Below are positions 27,301 through 39,300 of a stretch of 60,795 nucleotides of DNA, piece by piece. The notes beneath the pieces are model-generated. The model saw nothing but the letters and a program-made list of their open reading frames with translations, was not told the origin of the DNA and ran no database searches. The translations under genes were made by a program, and so were the position numbers. Numbering within the stretch: position 1 is the stretch's first letter; each line of letters begins with the position of its first letter. The stretch is from Gnetum montanum (lineage: Eukaryota; Plantae; Gnetophyta). Location of the stretch: the NCBI GenBank assembly GCA_015680685.1, contig MNCI01001105.1, positions 3,213-64,007 on the forward strand, in the 5' to 3' direction.

Positions 27301-30300
27301 TTTAATTTATTGCAACATTCAGGGAAGGATGAATTACTTGCTAGCAATGTATGCTAAATCAAACACCAACTAAAGGTTTTACACTAGAATTCATTATTTG
27401 GGGTCCAATACCGAAAAATAAAAATCCTTGCAGATATCAATCAATCAAAACAATTTTAGGTAATTGTTTTAATAACGTACCTCCACGTAAACCACCGTAA
27501 ATGAAAATATGGTCTCCAACTGCTGATGCTGCATGACGACATCGCCTCGTCAGTTCACTTGATGCATCACCTCCAGCAGCATCTGCACTATATCGTCCTG
27601 TATGAGCACTAGTAACAACACCCTTTATATCACACCAAACTCCAGCTGCTGTGTCGAGTACTGCAATTAGAAGTAAGATTTTGTTATAAAGTCATTTTGT
27701 GAAAAAAAAAAAAAAAGCGATTAACAGCATTGGATAGATCTTATTACAGGAAGCACTAGTTATAACAACTCAAAGAAAATAGATTGAAACCAAAATGAGA
27801 TCTACCTGCAACACTAGAAGAATCTTCCACCATTCGACCCCCTCCAAGGGCTCCACCAGATACATGAAGTCTAGCATTGACAAAAACCTGCTAAAAACAA
27901 TTATTAGCTAGAAAGCCACTTCATAACTTTTGTTTGATGAAATATGGTTTTACAAACTCACAGCTGCATGTTGATATCGGGGAGAAGGAGAAACACCAGG
28001 TGCAATAGCCCATTCCCAACGACCGTCCCGGTGTTTTGCAAGACCATATGCACTGGATAGTGGCTAAAAACATCAATGAAAACAACCATATGCACTCCAT
28101 TAGATTAGTATGCATCCATTTCACTATAATTTGAAAGTACATATATGGATTACACGAATAGCATTCGACTTAATAAGAAAAAACGAAAACAAGTTACCTT
28201 CATAAAGATCTCTGATTTCTGTTATTATGTATAGCTTTCTAGTCTTGCATAGGAATTTCATATAGCTCCGAATAAATCAGAAAATTCATTAAGAAAAAAG
28301 GTACTATGTACAACGTTGGGATATGAAAGGCCAAATCTAATTTAGTCATTAACATGCCATTTCTTTTTCACATAATTAACCAGATAAGCTCGTAAATTTT
28401 TGTTATTAGTGGTTTCTCTATTTTATAGAAGATCCAATTAGCATAACTAAAAGAAAAAAGAGAATACAATTATCAGGAAGCTGTCTAAATGTTGTCCCTT
28501 CTTTTAATATATGATGTTTCATAGATTTTGTCCTTCCCACCAAAATATCGGTGTACTCACCATGTTTCTAGATTCTTTTCATACATGATAAACATTGATC
28601 CTGTACACGTGCTCTCCAAATAATATACAAGTTGCAAAGCCTCGTTTGTTGCTGCAGTTAAGGTATCCCAAAATGTTTTTTAATTATTTTGTATCAAGTA
28701 TGCTAACCAGACGACAACCTAATGCCATTCAATTGCTCTCTATCGAGTTAACGCCCTAAAATAGCCCGTAGCCTGCATTATACTATGTTCCCTTTTATGT
28801 TTTTCCATTTTCCTTTACAGAAAAAAACCCTTTTGCTTTGAAAATCGTAAAACACCCACAATTATTTCTTTAACATCCACAAAAACCATAGGCTATAAGA
28901 TGAATTCCAAGGCACCAAACTGTACTGTGGGTTCCAGATCAGGCAGCAAAATGGCAGTAAATGAAAGCAGACTTTCCATCGACTTGTCCCAGGGTCATCC
29001 AAGCATACCCATAGTGTGGTCAGTAACCACATCCCTGCTGCATCCCGACACATCTGAGGACCCATCCCCACCCTAGGGACATCCCAACCATCCAAATGCC
29101 TGTGAGGACTCGTCCATTCGTAAAAATATAAAATCCTATCAATAATACAAAAACCAAAAATTTTCCTACCGTGTAAATAGTACCAATATTTGTAGCAAAC
29201 AAACATGTTACTCATAATTCCATTATCATACCTCATTTCAAGATTAGAATTGGATTGGTGATTTCCTATGTTGCCAAGGCCATATTGGGGGTTGTATTGG
29301 GGACGCGGCTGCTGCTATCTCTGGTGGTGACATCATGGATCATGGCATTTTTGTTGCTGGTTTGCAATACACATTAAGGCAGGCCTTGGAAAGTAAAAGT
29401 GGCAGCAAATTCCAATGAAATTTGAGGTGGGCACTAACAGAGCTTGTGCACTGCATGACGACATCCAAGTTCACCACAATGCACAAGGGAAGAAACAACT
29501 CTGACACTGTATATGTCATTGCTAAGTGCCACAATAAGGCAGCATTGGATTAGTGCTCAATCAGACTTGTGCACATAGATTAAAAATGCAGAACAGCATC
29601 ATGGATTACCTTTTCAGGAAAAATATTCTATAACGTGAATCGCTTGAAATTGCAACCAGAACCACGTGAAATTGTACAAGTACAAAACAATTTAAAACAA
29701 AATGTCAAAAACTTTTGCAATAAACAAACAATTTTGTTAACAAAAATATTCAAAAAACAGAGAGTAAGAAATCAAGTATTTAACATGTTCAATAATTCAA
29801 TGGTATCCAAAAGGCGGAACTTTTATTTAGCCTTAGCATGTTCATTATTTATCTAGACATAAAATAACCAATAATATAACTCTTCAAAAAAAAGTTTCAA
29901 TGCAATGCACCCAGGGTAAGAAGTGCCCACACAAGCCAGCCCAAGAGACACAACGCGACAAAGCAGAGTATAAAAGAAATATATGTACACAAGCAAGGCT
30001 TCTTATGTTCATGTTACTTGTTTCTACTGTTGGGCAGCCACATTTGGAACATGGCATCCATTAAGGGGCACAAGTATGGATAGACTGCATCCACAACTAT
30101 GGAAAATAAGCAATACTAAAATCAAATACTTATATATTGGTTTTACAACCAAAGGCTTCAACGTTGCTAGCAGCATCAGTGGACAGCCATAGTCACACTT
30201 GTATTGCACTGCCTATGAATGCACACTGCCAAGTAAGAACACATGGACTATCACAGGTGCCGAATTCTAACAATCCTCACCATCAACTTACCACCAATGT

Positions 30301-33300
30301 GGTTGAAAATGGTGCCAAATCTACTGATGCACCGGTCAAGGTGCCACTACCACCAGGGACATTCATGTTTCACTCAATTTAGCTGGTTTTGTTGGATGAA
30401 AACTGCAGGAAGATGCAAATGCACATGGCCATGATAGCAGAGTAGAGAACTATGGAATTGTGTAGATTATGGTATACTTGCAATCATGATACCAATCAAA
30501 TTCAATACTTCCTTTTAATTCACTATGTTTTTTTTTTTAAAATCGCAATCTAGATGATTCCAATCTGCATTTTTAATTTATACCTGTGTAAGCCAAGGTC
30601 AAGCTCAATCCATTAATGCCCTTGCTTTTGTGGAGACTAAGGACATGGTCAAGAGACGTGGTCAAATTTGACCATATCCCTGTCATGTCCCCGCATATCT
30701 AGTGATGAATCCCCATCCTAAGGATGTTCCAGACAGCAAAATTTTTGGAGGGTCACATCCCCACATAACAGTCAATTTTTTAATTGGGGATCGGTTCCGT
30801 AATTTAAAAAATTTAGGATTTGAGCTTTGATTTGATATTTAGCATTCACTTGCTTGGTGGGCGATTTTGTTTCATAATTTATACATGGATGCAGATTAGA
30901 ACATACTTCACCAACTTCAGACTTGCTAGGGTTACATATTCAACCCTTGGGTTTCAGTAATTAAAACCAATGTGAAAGTCCAACCATTTCAACATGTAAC
31001 ATGGAACCCATTTCTACAATGTTGTCATCAAGACAAACTTTGCAACACTCAACATTTTAACTAAAGCAGCAATGCCAGGAGCAAGGCATCTAGAAAGATG
31101 TTTTCAAGTTCATGAAGGGATGGATTTCCTTGACAGACGGTGCAGCACATATTGAACTCCAAGACACATGTCACTGCAACAATTTCTTCCTACTTTCATG
31201 GTGAATAATTGGTGATCTTGCTTTATGGTTTACACTTTACAATCTATGCTCCAAATGTTAAGCAATACAAGCCAAGTTTCTTAAGTAACTTATTTATAGC
31301 CAGAGCTGTAATAATATATAACCCACTTGACCTTAAACTACTTACAGAAAAAAACATAAGTTACATGGGAATTTGTTGTTAGATCCGGTATCTTGCTACA
31401 AATTTCAGCAGCTCTTTAGACTCAAATTGCAGAAAAAAATCATATAGCCAATTTCATGTAGTTCGAATAAAGCTAGGATAATAATGATTTAGGTGCTGCT
31501 AATAGCCTAGCACAAACCACATTTGCACCTTTGCAGAGGCCATTGGGTTTCTCCATAGACATGTTGGAGTAAACAGCAATACCAACATTATCAGCCACAA
31601 GACTTTCCTGGAAGTTTTTACAAAATTGGTTAATTGTCCAAGTTCAACAAACATTGGGTTAGCTTGTAGGCAACCAAATGTATATAATAAGATGCAAGGT
31701 AATGGAATTGATTGCTGGAGTGTTTGCGCCTTTTTTTAAGGGATTAGAACTTACTATACGTTACTTTCTTTTCCATTATAGCTTCAGATATGTGGTTGGT
31801 TGGTTTCAATTTTATTGTACTAATATTAATTTCTAATTGCATAATTTGCAATTGTCGATGGGCCCCTGACAGTAGTATTACAGACCGTGATTCAACATTT
31901 GCAACAAGGGTATGTCATTGCTGCAAAGAAGAAGAATGCTAATCAGGATTTCGCTACTAATTTATCACACTCTAACTCATGTAAAATGCATGCATACAAA
32001 AGAGAGCTCCATTGATGATCTGCAACAGTCTGGTGCAGATGAGGATTTTACACCAGTAAACAAAATGCTCATGTAGAGTGGCAAAGGAGGTATGGTTCTG
32101 ATGCAAGTATCAAACACAGTCACAATATTAATGACATGCCTAATCCTCAAAACCAGCAAGCAAGGATTTTAGCAAGCAGTTTAACACTAAGACCAACACA
32201 ATTTCAGGGTTTCAACAACTGGTGACAAGTAGGGTCATCATTGTGATAGAATTTGCCATTAACTCAATCAGCAACAGCAATGGTAAAACAAGAGCTACAA
32301 GAGTACAAGAACATGATGTTGAATGTTAAAATGAAGCCAAATCAAAAAGAAACGGAGCGTTACGCTGGGTGTAGAGAACTGGGGTGTTTGAAAGATTCTG
32401 ACGGAGGACATTCTCTGCTAAAAGGAGTGTGATATGAAATTGCAAACAAAAAATGCAGCAACGGTTGCTTCACAGTTGTCTGATGCAGGAAGTATTAAAG
32501 AATGTAAAAGATAAGACAAAAAGACTCTGATAACCGTCATGTTTGGGCAACAGAATTCTTCAGTCGCGTAGTTAAATTTCTTCAACACATGAACTTCGGC
32601 GGATTTTAAAGCAATGGTATGATTACCCATCAAGTATGAATTAATATTGTAATCTTAACACGATTTTAAAAATGAAAACGAAGGAATGTGCATTGCTACA
32701 AGTCCGTCTAGATGGAATCAGTAATCCATTTGAAAAGTTAAATAATCCTAAAGTAACGTGTAAAAAAAAATTTAAGGTTATTGCAGTTCTTACAACGTTG
32801 ATAACAATTTCAAACACTAGGCCAAGTGTCAACACCATTATCTGGAAGTTGTTGAAAGCAAACAAACCTAGGTCTACAGAATCTATTAGAGATGCCCTAG
32901 CTATTCAGAGAGAATGATCTCAAACTAATGATGAAGAATGTCGTACAAGCCAAAGCAGAGGAGATTCCAAAAGCAAAGACATGGGAGTGTTGGTTCTGTA
33001 AGAAGGGTCAATTTAAAAAGGGTTCTAACGCTTATAAAACATGGAAGAAGAAAAAGGGAAAAGAGGTTAAAGGAAACAAGACTGAAGGATCAAATAAGTC
33101 AAAAGGGCATGTTAGATTGATGCTTGCCTGCTTAGATCCACATACAAATTTGTTTGAAAATTCTGACAATGTATAGATATTGGATAGCAATACTTCTTTT
33201 CATTTTTGTCAAACTGCAGGTATTTCAGTTCATATAAGAAATGTTCACCAGATACTGTTTGTGTTGCTCATAATAGAAAGTTCTAGGTTCATGGTATTGG

Positions 33301-36300
33301 AACTGTTGTGTTGAATGAATCAATAAGATGGACAATGGGTGATATGGGTGGGAATGCACGCAATGGAACCAAGGCCGATGGGAGCAACGGCAGTGAGGAC
33401 GGAGGAGCAACAGCGGCTGCCGGTGCGCCGAAGGGTGGAGTGAAGCAAGGACTGTGGGAGCATCCATCTGGTGGATTGGTTGGCCTTCCAAGGGCCAACA
33501 GTGTGGTAGGGAAGTCATTGGACCTATCGGGAGGCTCCACTGGGCAAGTGTGTGAGGAGTCGTGCTTGAGGGATGTTTGCATGAAGGAGGGATGATGCGC
33601 TTAAAGGTGGGACAACTACCAGAGGAGACAATCCAGGCGTTGAAGTTGTGCCTGTTGGGAAAATTCGTGTCAGAGGGCCCTAAAATGGACCTTATCCGAC
33701 GGTGGGCCAAGGTGGCCTAGGGTTTAGAGGAGGTGAAAGTGCACAACCTTGCGGATGATAGGCTACTCTTCACGTTTAAGACAAAGGCAAACAGAGAATG
33801 TGGGCTTTTTTTCTTCTTTTTTTGGGGGGGGTGGGGGTGGGGGTGGGGGGTGGGCAGGCCACACAAGGTTTGGCACTCGCGCCATGGCAGCGAGGTGCCC
33901 ACCGTGATGCCAATCTCTTTGACCAAGCGCCCATCTGGGTCAAGATCTTGGACCTGCCCCTAGAGTTCTAGACACCTAGTTTCCTGAAGTCGCTAGTTGG
34001 ATTATTTGGAGACTTCATCAAATTTGATGCTTTCACCATGTCAATGGATAGGATGGGCCATGTGTGCTTCTGTGTGTGGTGCTCGCTCAGATCGGAAGAC
34101 CGTGTCAATGAAGTAATCCTGGACATGGATGACGGAGAGGTACAAGTCAAAGTATAGTTTGAGAATCTACCACTTCTGGATCAAGGGTAGAAAGCTATGG
34201 CCGCGCCAACATGCTCAACCTGCGAAAAGGGGCACCTAAAGAAGGACTGTTGGGTCAAAACCAAAGAGCCTACACCCAAGTCACGAAGTGGATGGAACCT
34301 GGTCGGGAAAAAGGAAGGGTTATAAAAATGGTGGCACAGGACAAACAAACAAAGACGGGAGCCAAAGGATCCACAGCGAGCAAAGCCATCATAGAGCCAC
34401 ATCAATACTCTCAAAAGGGACGGATGGTTCGAGACCCAGCGGAGGGGTCAACAAAACAATTGCTAGGAGTAGTAAGCCCAATCCCTAGGGTGACTGGAGA
34501 GGTGGAAGGGTCAAGGGTGGAGACAACAGCAGTCCGGTCCCCTCCCACCAAGGACACCTTGAAGCACATGTCGAACAGGCAACATTTGGAATTGCCCCCT
34601 CTCGAAGATTAGATCACGCTTGACAGAGGGTCTTCCAGGCCAAAAATGGCAAATCTGGCTACAACCCGATCAAGGCCAGAAGGTGATGTGGAATACTCAA
34701 GCGAAAACAAGGTGGGCCGGTTGGATGCATCGACAGGAAGGAAACAGCTGATGTAATTGGAGGTGGACCTCAAGGTGCAGAGGACTCTGAGGGAGGTCTA
34801 TCACAAGTGTATGTCTATGTCTCCATGAAGATTCTATCCTAGAATTGCAGGTGACAAGGTACCCCATACAAGCATAATACCCTAAAAACGATTGTTTGGA
34901 ATGAGGGATGTGACATTGTTTGCCTGCAAGAAATGAAGCTGCAGGTGACTAAGGAAAACCTATTATGATGGGAAGGTTGGAATCTGATGAGCATTCCATG
35001 TAGGGGATGTGCTGGTGGGCTTGCTATTTTGTCAAAATTCCTTGTTAGTTAGGTGGACGGATCACAATAACGATGTACTTACCCCAAGAACGAATCTAGT
35101 TAACCAATGTTTCTGGGGTGCAAAGCTAGGAGGTGAGAATGCAAGAGCTACAGAGGGTGGTGCACGTGGTCCTAGCTGCAAACAAATGGCTGCTAGTAGT
35201 AGACTTCAATGAACGCTTGTACCCATGGGAAAAAACAGGCACGGACACCACCGAACCCCCTAGCAATGAAGAGTTCGCTGATTTCTTGCTGGAACACAAC
35301 CTAGCAGATTTAGACATTGAAGGTTCCAAATTTACCTAGAGTAACAAAAGATAGGGGCCTGGTCGAGTTCAATCTAGGATTGACAGGGTCTAGGTGAGTA
35401 CATGGCTACTGTTGGAGTTGGGCATACAGGTGATGGGACAAGAGCAACAAGCCTCTGATCATAGGTCGATTGTTTGCTGGCTCGGAGGGGCGCTGGACCA
35501 AGCACCCAAACCATTCTATTTGAAGTGGACTTCATTGAGCAAGCCCTAGCTCCACCCACTGGTACAAGAAATATGGCAAGATCACTTTGAGGCTCAAGAT
35601 CCGAGAGAATTCCTAAATAGGGGGCTGAAATTACTGAAACAACAAATCAAGGCTAGGACCTCGAAGGAGAAATAGAGATTCAAGGCTTACCAGTAACAAC
35701 TACAAGCTAGCCTACAGGACATGCAAGAGCGGCAGGAAGCTAGGGCCAACCTGACGAATGAAAAGCAGGAACTACTCCAAGAATTACAAGAGCTGGACAA
35801 GGAGGAAGAAGCTTATTAGCAACAGAGGGCTCAAGGGGAAAGAGGGCAAGAAGCTCCACTTCATCTAGTCCGAGGAGAAAGAGGGCAAGAAGCTCCACTT
35901 GGTTTGTTGGTAGCTGACTGCAAGGCCGTGGGTGGTAACAGGAATTGGGGTGCTGACCTTTATGGATGAGGTCATGATCAGCATGCAACACTTAGTGAAT
36001 AGAATGTTGATGCAGCCCGGGGAGCACACTCCATGGATGAGGATTCTGCAACAAAAAACATCATAGATGGGAGGCTATCACTAGGAGATCACACTTATGG
36101 AAGAACATTTGCGAACATGTCAGAACAATGGAGGCCAAAGGACTGCTGGGCAAACCCCCATCCGAGGTAATCAAGAATCTGCACCCAACAAAGGTGGGGT
36201 GGAAGGAGTTGTGGAGAGGAAGACTAACAAGGTGAAGGCATTTGGCTAGCTCATTAGGCACAATTCCTTACCAGTACGGGCAACCTTAAGGATGCAGGGA

Positions 36301-39300
36301 ATCAGCACCAATACTACTTGCCCTCTTTGTAATGAAGCAGTGGAAACATTAGCGCACTTTATCAGCCAATGTCTGTTCATGCGAGAGGTTTGGAGAACGG
36401 CTCTACTTCCCCCCCCCCCCAATGGCAACTCCTAAGCATTAGCTATATTATGGTCTGCTTGGAAATGCAAGAACCATTATCTCTTGTGGACACCCTCTAC
36501 GATCATTAGGATTAGAGTTTTCTTGTGGACAAAAGCAGCACAAGCCATGGGATGGGGGCCAACTCACGAGCAAGCAATCATTGAATTTACTGAAGATGCA
36601 CAACTTTGGCTGCTGATTACAAGACTAGGATGGGAGGGTATGCTTCGGAGCGTGGAAGGGGAGCCAGGGTTGCCGAAGAAAAGTTTCTTTGGGAATGGGA
36701 GGGGGAGGAAACTTAGTTCAAGAGCAGAAAGATAACGCTAACTGAGGCAACTTTGGAGGCGGTTTTGGGGATGCCAACGAAAGGGGAGATTATTGCTCCA
36801 ACAATACACTCCCAAATGTTCACGGCTGAATTTTTCTGAGGCGCTATCCCACGGACTGCTAGTGGCCACATACGTAAAGACAAACTGGCAAGGGTTTGGT
36901 AGGTTGCGGCTGTCTTCGTCAACCAGTTTTTCATTCAGTTAGGGTCACTACATAGACTCGTGGGGGTCCATTTTGTGTTCCTCCGATGCATCCAACATGG
37001 CATTCAAGTCAACATTCGTCATTTTTTCCTTGATTCTCTCAGGCACAAAAAAGCCAAAAGACAATCTAGAGTTATCTTGGCACCTCTAGAGGGCAAGGCA
37101 ACCGGAGATTCCAACGCAAGTGAGGACTGCACCAACCCTGGTTTACCATAGGAGGTCTCAATGACAAGAAGAGGGGACTCAGATGCTTGAGGGACAGACC
37201 AAAATTGTTGAGGCAAGGCAAACATCTGGCAATAGCATGCAAGAGATGGAGCCTGACAGTTCGAAAGGAGGGCAAGCCACACCAGCCGATTGTGTGCAAG
37301 ATAAGCTTGTTGCGGCATGTTAGTCTGCAACTAAGCGGGAAAGGGCAACTTGGCAATCCTACTGGGAAGCAATGCAGACCGAGATTCAAAGGGAGGCGAA
37401 TGCACAAAGGATGAAGGATCTGCAACTCATGGAAGACTTGTTAAAATGCCACACAACCAGTATGCTCAAATGGTTGAACAACACAAGGAGAGGCAAGAGA
37501 GTTGCATGCTTCAAGGGCTTCCAGGGGTCGAAAGCGAGGCACAATGGGTTACAACCAGGACGGCTACACACGAGGAGATCTCGAAGCAAACACCAACAAA
37601 ATGGACAACGGCCTCAGGTGCGTTGGGTGTGGCAATGTCAATCATCGAGGAGGGCTCGACGGGTGCCAACCAAGCATAGGTGGCGAAAGACTAATCTCCA
37701 TTTGGGGCCATGCTTTTGTTTGGGGGAATTAGGGGGGGTGTTGGGGCTGTCCTAGCGATGGTTGTTTGGGCCTTTGCTTGCCATCTAGCAGGGTCTTGCT
37801 TTGGGGCTGCGGGCTGGAGTTGCGGAAGCTGACACAAGTTTTTTTGCTTCCTTGTTGGTGTCCATTATACTTATCTTTTAATCAATCTCAAATTTTCTTC
37901 AAAGAAAAAATAAATAAGATGGACAACATATTACTATTAGAGTTGCTCAACATGTTAAAGAAATTACAAAAAACGTATTAGAAGTGTTGTCTAACGAACG
38001 CCTTAATGAGGTTGGTTACAAGTTTTCTTTTTCTAACAGCACATGTGAAATTAACAAAGACACAATAACTCTAATGAGTGGAACAAAGGACGGTTCCTCA
38101 TGTATTTTGCATGTTGTTGTCATCAAGAAATTGGGAGAGGGTGTTGCTACTTCTGGTGCACCTGTAACAGAAACTGTCAATTTATGGTATAGATGCTTAG
38201 GACATATTGGATAAACAGAGTAAAGTTACAAGTAGTTGTTCCTAATTGCAAATTATAAGGATTTGCAGTTGAATTAATAAGATTTATGGTTTTGCAAGAG
38301 TACAACAAGTATATTATAGGTTTCTCCTGCAAGCTCACTGCTTTGCAAGGCAGGTTTCTCATGCAATTTCATTGTTGTTTCACAGAATAAATTGTTCTTG
38401 CAAGGTTCATTGCTATTTTATAGGATAGACTGTTCTTATGGGTTCATTGTTGTTTTTGCAAGATGAATTGTTATTGCATGTTTGTTGATATTTTACATGA
38501 CAAGTTGTTCTTGCAGTTCAAGTATCTTCACAAGACATTATTCTTGCAGGTTTGTTGCTAGTATCCTGGGAGCTTGCTGAATCAGAATCACAATCCAGAC
38601 AATTCTAGATCACGATATGGAGAAAAAAATGTATTAAAACACATCATAATCCTGATCGTAAGTGCATCACAATTAATAAAAAAACAAGTATTTTGAAATT
38701 GCAAGTTTGAAATCGAATGTACATGATTTCGCAATTGTGTACTCTGTTATCATAACCTATCTGTATCTATGTCCTCCTGCAATTAGTTTCATCAGACAAA
38801 ACTGTGAATATGCATGGCAATAGTGGCACTTCCAATGATGTATCAATGCTTTTGGCACCATTTTCAACTGTGTTGGTGGTAGTCCAGCAGTAAGGACTAT
38901 TAGAATTCGGCACCGGTGATATTCTACATGTTCTTACTGGAAAGTTCAAGCATTCATAGGTTATACAATACAAGTGTAACTGTGGCTGCCCACTGATGCT
39001 ACTAGCAATGTAAAAGCCTATAGCTGGAAACCCATTAATGGAAGTATTCGACACCTACTAACAGCCTGACATAATTGAGGATGCAATCCATGTAAACCCA
39101 GCCATGTGTATGCCCCTTATTAGATGCCAAATTCTAAACGAGACACCCTACCATGCTTCTACCCAACAACAGACGCATGAAAACAAAAAATCTTGCCTCC
39201 CGTTTGTGAACGTACTTGTGCATATACATTTCTTTTATACTCTACTCTGCAACACTGTGCCTATTGGGTTGGCTTTTGTAAGCACTTCCTGCCCTACTGC

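Noticed and set aside
25322-27890. NAGNAG tandem acceptors at exon 9 (TAGCAG) and exon 12 (CAGAAG)
   Set aside because: Common in plant genes, a one-residue effect, and no evidence of use.
30900-31560. Possible decayed gene fragment (PPR-like) in intron 7
   Set aside because: No convincing motif in the frames I translated.
33806-33853. Poly-T followed by G-runs (potential G-quadruplex)
   Set aside because: Homopolymer slippage inside the dead L1 ORF1; no sign of function.
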